Origin: Candidatus Omnitrophota bacterium
GTDB taxonomy: Bacteria; Omnitrophota; Gorgyraeia; Zapsychrales; Zapsychraceae
DNA: 64,000 nucleotides
NCBI GenBank assembly: GCA_029261065.1
Contig: JAJDCB010000030.1
Coordinates: 324,876 to 388,875 of the forward strand
Direction: 5' to 3'
Shown: piece by piece, positions 18,691 to 26,526 of the stretch
How the letters are laid out: each line of letters starts with the position of its first letter
How positions within the stretch are numbered: position 1 is the stretch's first letter
The notes under the pieces: model-generated
What the model was told of the DNA's origin: nothing
The model's database searches: none
The model's input: only the letters and a program-made list of their open reading frames with translations
Made by a program: the position numbers and the translations under genes

Positions 18691-19316
18691 TTCAAACCGA
18701 GACGTCTATTTTTGGGATTGATTTTGATAACACCATTGTTTGTTACGATGAGGTGATTCATCGTAAGGCTGTTGAATGGGGTTTGATTGATGTTAATTTC
18801 TCAAAAAATAAAAAGTTGATACGTGATGCTATTCGTCAATTAGAAGATGGTGAGATGACTTGGCAGAAATTACAGGCTTATATTTATGGAGAGGGAATGG
18901 GCGAGGCGCGTTTGATTGACGAGGCGGCAACCTTCATTAAGAGTTGTCTGAAAAGTGATATTGATGTTTTTATTGTCAGTCACAAAACAGAATTTGCCAA
19001 TATGATCCCTAATGGCATCAATTTAAGAGAGCAGGCCTTAAACTGGATGGCGGAGAAGAATTTCTTCAAGCAAGAGGGTTTAGGCTTAAAAGAAAACCAA
19101 GTGTATTTTGAGTCAACGCGAGCGGGAAAATGTCAGAGGATCAAGGACCTTAACTGTACGCATTTTGTGGATGATTTGTTAGAGACATTTGAAGAGCCGT
19201 CTTTTCCAAAAGACGTTACAAAAATTTTATATGCCCCGGATTTAGAAAAGAAAGAGAGTCAGGCCATGACAGTTTTTAACCAATGGAAGGATATTAATGA
19301 GTGCTACTTTAGTTGA
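18687..19316 (+). CDS. HAD-superfamily phosphatase-like protein
   Basis: DFDNT motif I, SHK motif II, K..FVDD motifs III/IV. Confidence 0.7.
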   Translation: MIQTETSIFGIDFDNTIVCYDEVIHRKAVEWGLIDVNFSKNKKLIRDAIRQLEDGEMTWQKLQAYIYGEGMGEARLIDEAATFIKSCLKSDIDVFIVSHKTEFANMIPNGINLREQALNWMAEKNFFKQEGLGLKENQVYFESTRAGKCQRIKDLNCTHFVDDLLETFEEPSFPKDVTKILYAPDLEKKESQAMTVFNQWKDINECYFS

Positions 19317-20370
19317 TACGGAACAAATTCCTTTAAATGAAGTGTTAACGATCGTCTCTGCGATGACGAAGAAGGCTATCGATCAAGTCCAACCGTTGAC
19401 AGGGGGGAAAAATAGTCGGGTTTTTAAATTAACAACATCCGATAATAAGAATTACGCTGCAAAATTTTATTTTCGAGATTCGTCAGATAAAAGAGATCGA
19501 TTGAATAATGAATATGGATCATTAGAAAAATTAGCAAAATATCAGGTTAAACACATTCCGCAACCGATTGCGATTTCAAAAGAACATTCGTGTGCGATTT
19601 ATTCGTTTCTTGAAGGTTCTGCAAAAAGAGATATCAAGAAAAAAGATATCGATGCTGCTATTAAGTTTATGACGCAGTTGAAGACAGTGCGAAAAAAATG
19701 TCAAGCGAATGATTTTATTGTGGCCTCTGAAGCGCATTTCTCTATGGTTGAAGTTTACAAACATGTTTATGACAGGCTTACAAAGTTGATGGCTATCGAG
19801 AATGATGAACCTATCTATAAAGACCTTTCTAATTTCTTAATCAGAGATTTATCACAAGTCTTTGTTCATCTACAAAGTTGGATGATAACGCAATGTGATA
19901 AAGAGGGCTTTGGTTTTTATGAACCTTTGGCCCAAGAAGACCGTATTCTTAGCCCATCAGACTTTGGATTTCATAATGCTCTATGTGATTCAAAAGGAGG
20001 GTGGACCTTTGTTGATTTTGAATATTTTGGATGGGATGATCCCGCCAAAATGATTTCAGATTTTCTCCTACATCCAGCGATGAATTTAACAGATGAGATG
20101 CGGCAATATTTTTTCCAAAAAGCGTGTGCATCTATGAAAACGGTTAACCCCAAAATAGCCAAACGTGTTGAGTTGATGTGTCCTTTGTTTGGGTTAAAGT
20201 GGTGTCTTATTTTTCTTAATGAATTTCTTCCCTCAGACTGTAATCGAAGGCATTTTGCAAATACCACATCCTTTGATGCCGATACGGTGCGTGAACTACA
20301 ACTAACAAAAGCAAAAGCGATGTTTAAACGCGTTTCAAACGTTTATAAAGAGTTTCCTTATCATGCCTAA
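19297..20370 (+). CDS. APH/choline-kinase-fold phosphotransferase
   Basis: GGKNSRVF, K.Y, SPSDFGFHN and FVDFEYFGWDDP motifs. Confidence 0.8.
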   Translation: MSATLVDTEQIPLNEVLTIVSAMTKKAIDQVQPLTGGKNSRVFKLTTSDNKNYAAKFYFRDSSDKRDRLNNEYGSLEKLAKYQVKHIPQPIAISKEHSCAIYSFLEGSAKRDIKKKDIDAAIKFMTQLKTVRKKCQANDFIVASEAHFSMVEVYKHVYDRLTKLMAIENDEPIYKDLSNFLIRDLSQVFVHLQSWMITQCDKEGFGFYEPLAQEDRILSPSDFGFHNALCDSKGGWTFVDFEYFGWDDPAKMISDFLLHPAMNLTDEMRQYFFQKACASMKTVNPKIAKRVELMCPLFGLKWCLIFLNEFLPSDCNRRHFANTTSFDADTVRELQLTKAKAMFKRVSNVYKEFPYHA

Positions 20371-21193
20371 TCAAATATTAGACTACAAAACAAAACTAGA
20401 TGCGCGTTCAAAGTATCTTCGATCGCAGATTATTAAGGGACTCCGAGCTGGTCGTCGTGGGCATATTGGTGCTTCATTTTCATTAGTTGAAATTATGCGT
20501 GTGCTTTACGATGATATTTTAAAGTTTGATGCCACTAATCCTTCATGGAGTCAACGGGATCGTTGTATTTTAAGTAAAGGTCATGGGTGTTTGGCGTTGT
20601 ATGTGATGTTGGTTGATAAAGGGTTTATTCCAGAAGAAGAGCTTCTGAAGTTTTGTCAGGTTGACGGTATTTTAGGTGGGCATCCGGAACATAAAGTGGC
20701 TGGGGTTGAGGCCTCTACTGGAAGTTTGGGGCATGGATTATCGATTGGTTTGGGAATGGCGATCAATGCACGATACGAAAAAAATGGTGCGCGTGTGTTT
20801 GTTATTCTTGGAGATGGCGAAAGTAATGAAGGATCGGTTTGGGAGGCGGCGATGAGTGCAGGGAAAAATAAGCTAGAAAATTTGGTTGTCATGGTGGATT
20901 ACAACAAACATCAATCTTATGCCTCAACCTTTGAGGTTCAAGATTTAGAACCGTTTGCCGATAAGTGGCGCGCCTTTAACTTTGCAGTCAGTGAAGTCGA
21001 TGGTCATGATGTAAAGCAATTGAAAGAAGCGTTACAAAAACCTTCAAAAGAAGGAAAACCAACCGCTATTATTTGTCACACGGTTAAAGGCAAAGGGGTG
21101 CCTTACGCGGAAGGCAACATGCAATGGCATCATAAGAGTCGGATTTCAGATGAAGATATCAATTCCCTTTTAGAAGAAGTCGAGAAATATTAA
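20363..21193 (+). CDS. Transketolase-like N-terminal (ThDP-binding) subunit
   Basis: GHIG, LSKGH, STGSLGHG and GDGE..EGSVWEA motifs. Confidence 0.9.
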   Translation: MPNQILDYKTKLDARSKYLRSQIIKGLRAGRRGHIGASFSLVEIMRVLYDDILKFDATNPSWSQRDRCILSKGHGCLALYVMLVDKGFIPEEELLKFCQVDGILGGHPEHKVAGVEASTGSLGHGLSIGLGMAINARYEKNGARVFVILGDGESNEGSVWEAAMSAGKNKLENLVVMVDYNKHQSYASTFEVQDLEPFADKWRAFNFAVSEVDGHDVKQLKEALQKPSKEGKPTAIICHTVKGKGVPYAEGNMQWHHKSRISDEDINSLLEEVEKY

Positions 21194-21194
21194 T

Positions 21195-22139
21195 ATGCGA
21201 AAAACAGCTCTTAACTGTGTTTATGAATTAGCGAAATCTAACCCGGATATCTTTTTTATCGGATCTGATTTAGGCGTTGATACCTTAAAAGCATTTAAAG
21301 AAGAGATGCCTGAGCGTTTTTTGATGGAGGGGGTGAGTGAAGCCAATGTTGTTGGCATGGCTGCCGGTCTTGCTCTTGAGGGAAAGACGGTTTATGTCAA
21401 TACCATCGCAACGTTTTTAACCCGTCGTTGTTTTGAACAGGTTGTTTTGGATTTGGGGTTACATAATGTTAAGGTTCGCTTGATTGGAAATGGCGGCGGT
21501 GTTGTTTATGCCCCGTTAGGCCCAACACATTTAGCGATTGATGATATTGCTATCATGAGAGCCATTCCTAATGTGACCATTGTTGCCTGCGCGGATGCCG
21601 TTGAGATGAAGAAGTTGATTGTCCAAACCGTTGATTATCCAGGTCCTATGTACATTCGTTTAGCTAAAGGGCATGATCCTTTGGTGACGCAAGAAGAGAC
21701 TCCGTTTGAAATTGGTAAAGCGATTCGTATGAAGAGGGGAGATGATGGATTGATTTTAACAACGGGCATTACATTACGAACAGCTCTTGAGGCGATAAAA
21801 ACATTAGAAGTTCAAGGATTAGATGTGGGTATTGTACATGTCCCGACGATCAAACCGTTGGATACAGATTTTATTCGTACTCAAATTGATGCTGTCCCAT
21901 TAGTAGTCAGTGTCGAGGAGCACACCATTATGGGTGGATTAGGAAGCGCGATTGCTGAGTTGATTGCCGAATCAACGTTTGAAGCACCAAAAGGATTTAA
22001 ACGTATTGGTATTCCAGATATTTTTCCAGATCAATATGGGTCACAAGATAGTTTGATGGAGAGGTGCGGGGTATCTGCTGGAGCTATTGTTGCTGCGATT
22101 TGGGAAATCAGTAAGAAGTATGTAGTAAGTAGTAGGTAG
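21195..22139 (+). CDS. Transketolase-like C-terminal subunit
   Basis: GVSEANVVGMAAGLA, GPTH, IKPLD and EEH...GGLGS motifs. Confidence 0.9.
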   Translation: MRKTALNCVYELAKSNPDIFFIGSDLGVDTLKAFKEEMPERFLMEGVSEANVVGMAAGLALEGKTVYVNTIATFLTRRCFEQVVLDLGLHNVKVRLIGNGGGVVYAPLGPTHLAIDDIAIMRAIPNVTIVACADAVEMKKLIVQTVDYPGPMYIRLAKGHDPLVTQEETPFEIGKAIRMKRGDDGLILTTGITLRTALEAIKTLEVQGLDVGIVHVPTIKPLDTDFIRTQIDAVPLVVSVEEHTIMGGLGSAIAELIAESTFEAPKGFKRIGIPDIFPDQYGSQDSLMERCGVSAGAIVAAIWEISKKYVVSSR

Positions 22140-22233
22140 AAAGATAAAAGAGAATTAAGTAAGGAGTAAGTCGTAGGTGGTAGGTAGAAATGTGTTTTTG
22201 TTTTCTACTTACAACATACAACTTACTACCTAC
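22111..22233. repeat. Heptamer (GTARGTA) tandem blocks in direct and inverted orientation
   Basis: Two blocks of four GTARGTA-like units, then inverted TACTTAC/AACATAC/AACTTAC/TACCTAC. Confidence 0.8.
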
Positions 22234-22251
22234 CGAACTAAAGGAGCAAGC

Positions 22252-22914
22252 ATGAGTCAACTATGTAACATCGTCACCCCATTACACCAACGGACATCAA
22301 GAAAATATATTGATCGGATGGTCGATGAAAAAGTTCAGTGTATGTATAAAGCGAAAGAATACGAGTTTGACTATTGGGATGGGGATAGAAGATTTGGGTA
22401 TGGCGGTTATAAATATGATGGGCGATGGAAAGAGGTTGCTGAACGTTTTATTGAACGTTATCAATTAAAGAGTGATGCCAAGATTTTGGATATTGGTTGC
22501 GGGAAGGCTCATTTGTTACATGAATTAAAAGAGTTGTTACCTGATGCTGAAGTTGTCGGGTTTGACATCTCCGACCATGGTATTAGTGATGCTCCAAAAG
22601 AGATTCGTGAGAATCTTTTTCGATATCGTGCTCAAGATAAATATCCTTGGGGTGATAAGCATTTTGATTTGGTTTTATCGTTAGGGTGCTTTCATAATCT
22701 ACGGATTTTCGAATTGGAATCCGCAGTTAAAGAAATGGAACGTGTCGGTAAAAATAAATACATTATGTTAGAAAGTTACCGCAACGAACTCGAACTCTTT
22801 AACCTCCAGTGCTGGGCCTTAACCTGCGAATCTTTTTTTGATACCGCAGAATGGATTTGGTTGTATCGGCATTTTGGGTATACGGGGGATTATGAGTTTA
22901 TTTATTTTGAATAA
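22252..22914 (+). CDS. Class I SAM-dependent methyltransferase
   Basis: ILDIGCGKA, VGFDIS and FDLVLS motifs; AAGGAG RBS before ATG 22252. Confidence 0.85.
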   Translation: MSQLCNIVTPLHQRTSRKYIDRMVDEKVQCMYKAKEYEFDYWDGDRRFGYGGYKYDGRWKEVAERFIERYQLKSDAKILDIGCGKAHLLHELKELLPDAEVVGFDISDHGISDAPKEIRENLFRYRAQDKYPWGDKHFDLVLSLGCFHNLRIFELESAVKEMERVGKNKYIMLESYRNELELFNLQCWALTCESFFDTAEWIWLYRHFGYTGDYEFIYFE

Positions 22915-22919
22915 CAGCT

Positions 22920-22990
22920 GTCATTCCCGCGGAAGCGGGGATCTGTACGGGATGACATTTGCGTGTGTCATTCCTGCGAAAGCGGAAAAC
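22920..22990. repeat. REP-like palindromes to the left of the MNT-HEPN cassette
   Basis: GTCATTCCCGCGGAAGCGGGGATC and GTCATTCCTGCGAAAGCGGAAAAC. Confidence 0.85.
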
Positions 22991-23022
22991 CGTGCGGGTC
23001 GATTAATAGAGGAGAATAAAAT

Positions 23023-23325
23023 ATGATGACTAAAGATGATGTTGTTAAAATTCTTCGAGAAGAACAACCTTACTTAAAAAAAGAATTTGGTATAAAGAGA
23101 ATGGCTATATTTGGTTCTTTTGCGAAAAATACAGCCTCGGAATTAAGTGATGTTGATATTTTTATTGAATTTGATGGACGGTTAGGACTTAGATTCATGG
23201 AATTGGTTGAATATTTAGAAAAAAAACTAAATAGAGAGGTAGACATTCTGACACCAGGCGGTATGGAAGGAATTCGGGTAAAGAAAGTTGTTGAAGAAAT
23301 TCAAAGGAGTTTGTTAGATGTCTAA
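23023..23325 (+). CDS. Minimal nucleotidyltransferase antitoxin (MntA-like)
   Basis: FGSFAK.....SDVDIF (GSX10DXD) and REVDIL motifs. Confidence 0.88.
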   Translation: MMTKDDVVKILREEQPYLKKEFGIKRMAIFGSFAKNTASELSDVDIFIEFDGRLGLRFMELVEYLEKKLNREVDILTPGGMEGIRVKKVVEEIQRSLLDV

Positions 23326-23665
23326 ACGAGGAGATATTGAATTATTGAGCGATATTCAAGAGGCTATTAAAAGGATTTTTGAATATCGAGGACATATGAG
23401 TTACGAGCAGTTTATGGAAGATTTGAAAACTCAAGATGCGATTGTTAGAAATATGGAAATTGTTGGTGAGGCTGTGAAAGGTTTATCTGATGAGCTAAAA
23501 GGAAAATATCCACAAGTTTCTTGGAGTGAGTTAGCAAAAGTAAGAGATAAATTGATTCACCATTATTTTGGTGTAAATTATGACATTGTAATTGAAATCA
23601 TTGATGAAAATTTACCTAAAGTTCAACAGCATATTGAAGAAATTTCGGGTCAGATGTCAGGGTAG
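23318..23665 (+). CDS. HEPN/DUF86 RNase toxin (HepT-like)
   Basis: IVGEA and RDKLIHHY (RX4HXY) motifs. Confidence 0.88.
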   Translation: MSKRGDIELLSDIQEAIKRIFEYRGHMSYEQFMEDLKTQDAIVRNMEIVGEAVKGLSDELKGKYPQVSWSELAKVRDKLIHHYFGVNYDIVIEIIDENLPKVQQHIEEISGQMSG

Positions 23666-23693
23666 TACTTGGTTTGTCATTTTATCCCGAATT

Positions 23694-23788
23694 GTCATTC
23701 CCGTGAAAGCGGGAATCTATACGGAGCGATTAATATATTTTAGTTCATAGTTTTACTATTTTGAGGTTCCCGCTTTCGCGGGAATGAC
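23694..23788. repeat. Inverted REP-like pair to the right of the MNT-HEPN cassette
   Basis: GTCATTCCCGTGAAAGCGGGAATC ... GGTTCCCGCTTTCGCGGGAATGAC. Confidence 0.85.
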
Positions 23789-23823
23789 AATATTATTAGT
23801 TAACAATTATTGAGAGATATCCC

Positions 23824-24915
23824 ATGCCAAGCCAAACACAGGAACAAGATCAGCAAGTAGATGCCAGCAAGACAAAAACTTCAAAAGCCGCAATTCTCGT
23901 CGAGCTAAACAAACCCCTAGAAATCGCCGAGATCGAATTACCAGAGCAACTTTTTTTTGGACAAGTACGCGTTAAGGTGAAGTACAGCGGCATTTGTGGC
24001 GCGCAGATTAATGAGATTGAGGGGGCGAAGGGGCCGGATAAATTTTTACCGCATTTGTTAGGGCATGAAGGATCCGGTGTGGTTGAAGAAGTTGGTCCGG
24101 GTGTTAAGACTGTCAAAGTTGGTGATCATGTGGTGTTGCATTGGCGTCCGAGTGATGGGTTGCAATGTGAGCCGCCGAATTATTCTTGGAATGGTAAAAA
24201 AGTTAATGCTGGTTGGGTGACCACGTTTAATGAGCGTGCGATTATTTCTGAAAATCGTTTAACAGTGATTCCAAAAGATTTTGATATGCGTATAGCTCCT
24301 CTGTTTGGATGTGCGGTGACAACAGCTGTGGGTGTTATCAATAATGATGCGCAGGTAAAAATGGGGCAATCGGTTGTTGTCTTTGGAGTAGGTGGTGTGG
24401 GTTTAAATATTGTTCAAGCCGCTGAGTTAGCATCAGCAACGCCTATCATTGCCATTGATTTAGTGGAATCTAAATTGACGATGGCGAGAAAGTTGGGTGC
24501 AACTCATAGTTTTCAATCCCAGAAGGTGGATGATTTAAAACAAGCGATTCGAGACATTGTAGGGGAAAAAGGACCAGATGTCATTATTGAAACAACAGGC
24601 AACGCGAGTGTGATTGAAATGGCGTATGAACTGACACACCCGGATGGTAAAACAATTCTTGTTGGTGTTCCTCGAAAAGGTGACAACATCTCTATTTATT
24701 CGTTACCGCTTCATTTTAAGAAAGTATTAACAGGTTCCCACGGTGGCAGCTGTGAACCTCATATTGATATTCCGCGATTAATCCGATTAAAGGAAAGCGG
24801 AAAGCTTAAATTAGATGAGCTGATCACTCATGAATTTAAATTGGAAGAAATTAATAAGGCATTAGAGGTATTAAAATCAGGTGATTCTGGCCGGATTATT
24901 ATTTCGATGGAATAA
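23824..24915 (+). CDS. Zinc-binding alcohol dehydrogenase (MDR family)
   Basis: GIC, LGHEGSGVV, GCAVTT and G.GGVG motifs. Confidence 0.88.
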   Translation: MPSQTQEQDQQVDASKTKTSKAAILVELNKPLEIAEIELPEQLFFGQVRVKVKYSGICGAQINEIEGAKGPDKFLPHLLGHEGSGVVEEVGPGVKTVKVGDHVVLHWRPSDGLQCEPPNYSWNGKKVNAGWVTTFNERAIISENRLTVIPKDFDMRIAPLFGCAVTTAVGVINNDAQVKMGQSVVVFGVGGVGLNIVQAAELASATPIIAIDLVESKLTMARKLGATHSFQSQKVDDLKQAIRDIVGEKGPDVIIETTGNASVIEMAYELTHPDGKTILVGVPRKGDNISIYSLPLHFKKVLTGSHGGSCEPHIDIPRLIRLKESGKLKLDELITHEFKLEEINKALEVLKSGDSGRIIISME

Positions 24916-24917
24916 AC

Positions 24918-25823
24918 ATGAGTTTAAGGACAATTTTTACTTTTTTGGTTTTGTTTGTGTGTGTTTCTACGTTCTTTGACATAAAAGTGGAAGGCGCGGT
25001 TGAACGTATTGAGTTGGATTATAAATTTACAACCAATACGGTAACAGAGTTTTATTTGTTGTCTCACTTTCTTGATGGAAAGGAAACGATTCGCTTAGGA
25101 GATCAGATTTATGGAGTTGAGAAATCTACCAACGAATTTTTTGTGGACTACTACCTTGATACACCTGATTTGAGTTTGTTAAAAGATGATACATCGTTGC
25201 GGATGCGATCAAGGTTTATTAATGGGCAGTTAAGTAAGAGACTCATTCAATTTAAAACACCAATTAAAGATAATGCAGATGCAAGGTTTGAACATAAGTT
25301 AAAAATTCCTAAAAGTACAGAATTTCAATCCATTACAGATGTTGTTAATTTTCTACAATTACCCACGCATACAAAGAATCGTGTTGTCAGTGAATTGTCT
25401 GACAGCATTAATCTTGCTTCATTACGGGAAGTCGTTGAGATTAATCAGATTAGAACACGGTACTATTTAACCAATGCTAAAGGCAAACCGTTTTATACCA
25501 TTACATTTGATGAGTCGTATGCCAGAAAGGGAATGGATATCATTCCTTTCTTTGAGATAGAATTTGAAATTAATGAAAAGAGAATGGGGCAAGCAAAAGA
25601 GGATGAAGCTAGCGTTTTATTAACTCAGATTCAAGAATTAATTCAAAAAGCCAAATCAACACAAATTTCTATGCATTCGAATAATATTTCGAAGTATAAG
25701 CGTGCCATCAATTCGCTTGGCATTGATACAACGCAAACGAAGGGTATAACGTTTTCATTTGTGTTGGTGATCATAGCTGGTATTTTGATCGGTTTTTATT
25801 TGTTAAAGGAGAGAAAATCATGA
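24918..25823 (+). CDS. CYTH-domain protein with signal peptide and C-terminal TM anchor
   Basis: IELDYK, D.YLDT, SLRMR, IQFK, R.RY, EIEFE and SKY motifs. Confidence 0.7.
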   Translation: MSLRTIFTFLVLFVCVSTFFDIKVEGAVERIELDYKFTTNTVTEFYLLSHFLDGKETIRLGDQIYGVEKSTNEFFVDYYLDTPDLSLLKDDTSLRMRSRFINGQLSKRLIQFKTPIKDNADARFEHKLKIPKSTEFQSITDVVNFLQLPTHTKNRVVSELSDSINLASLREVVEINQIRTRYYLTNAKGKPFYTITFDESYARKGMDIIPFFEIEFEINEKRMGQAKEDEASVLLTQIQELIQKAKSTQISMHSNNISKYKRAINSLGIDTTQTKGITFSFVLVIIAGILIGFYLLKERKS

Positions 25824-26509
25824 CGTTACAACAGTTGCAAGACTACTTTACAACCCTTGCCCCTGATAGTGTTTTGGGATTTAGTGTTAATTTAGTGTTA
25901 GCGGCATTTTTAACAACGATTTTAAGTCGTTTTTACATTAAATACGGTCGATCTTATTCCGATCGCCATGTTTTAGCTAACAATTTTATTATCATCACCT
26001 TAACGACCATGATGGTTATTACTGTGATTAAGTCTTCATTAGCTTTGTCTCTGGGATTAGTGGGAGCTCTTTCGATTGTTCGTTTTCGAACAGCTATCAA
26101 GGAACCTGAGGAGTTGGCTTATTTATTTTTATGTATTGGTATTGGATTAGGTCTCGGGGCATCAGCCCGTCGAACAACATTTATTGTTTGTGGCATGATC
26201 TTTTGCATTATTTGGTATCGAGCGAACAAGCGAAAAGAAGTTACGTATCCTAATTTGTCTTTAATTGTTTCAAAGACGATTGGCAATGGGCAAAAGGCGG
26301 TATTAAAAGATTTGATTGAGATTATTAAAAAACATTGCAGCCGTGTGGATGTTATTAGGTTTGAAGAATCTCAAGAGCATCTTGAATCTTCCTTTCATAT
26401 TGAATGTGCTTCGTTTGATAGTGTTCAATTTATACGAGATGACATAAAAAAAGCAGATGATGCGATGCATATTACCTTTATCGATAATAGTGCGGGTAAG
26501 GTTCTTTAA
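25820..26509 (+). CDS. DUF4956-family membrane protein
   Basis: SSLALSLGLVGALSIVRFRTAIKEPEELAYLF..IGIGL..G motif. Confidence 0.88.
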   Translation: MTLQQLQDYFTTLAPDSVLGFSVNLVLAAFLTTILSRFYIKYGRSYSDRHVLANNFIIITLTTMMVITVIKSSLALSLGLVGALSIVRFRTAIKEPEELAYLFLCIGIGLGLGASARRTTFIVCGMIFCIIWYRANKRKEVTYPNLSLIVSKTIGNGQKAVLKDLIEIIKKHCSRVDVIRFEESQEHLESSFHIECASFDSVQFIRDDIKKADDAMHITFIDNSAGKVL

Positions 26510-26526
26510 GGGTAGAGAATTCAAAT

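Noticed and set aside
2675-22251. N-terminal extensions in the ORF track (starts at 2716, 7567, 13677, 15501, 22177)
   Set aside because: They are translations of repeat elements or the operator; downstream ATGs match the family starts.
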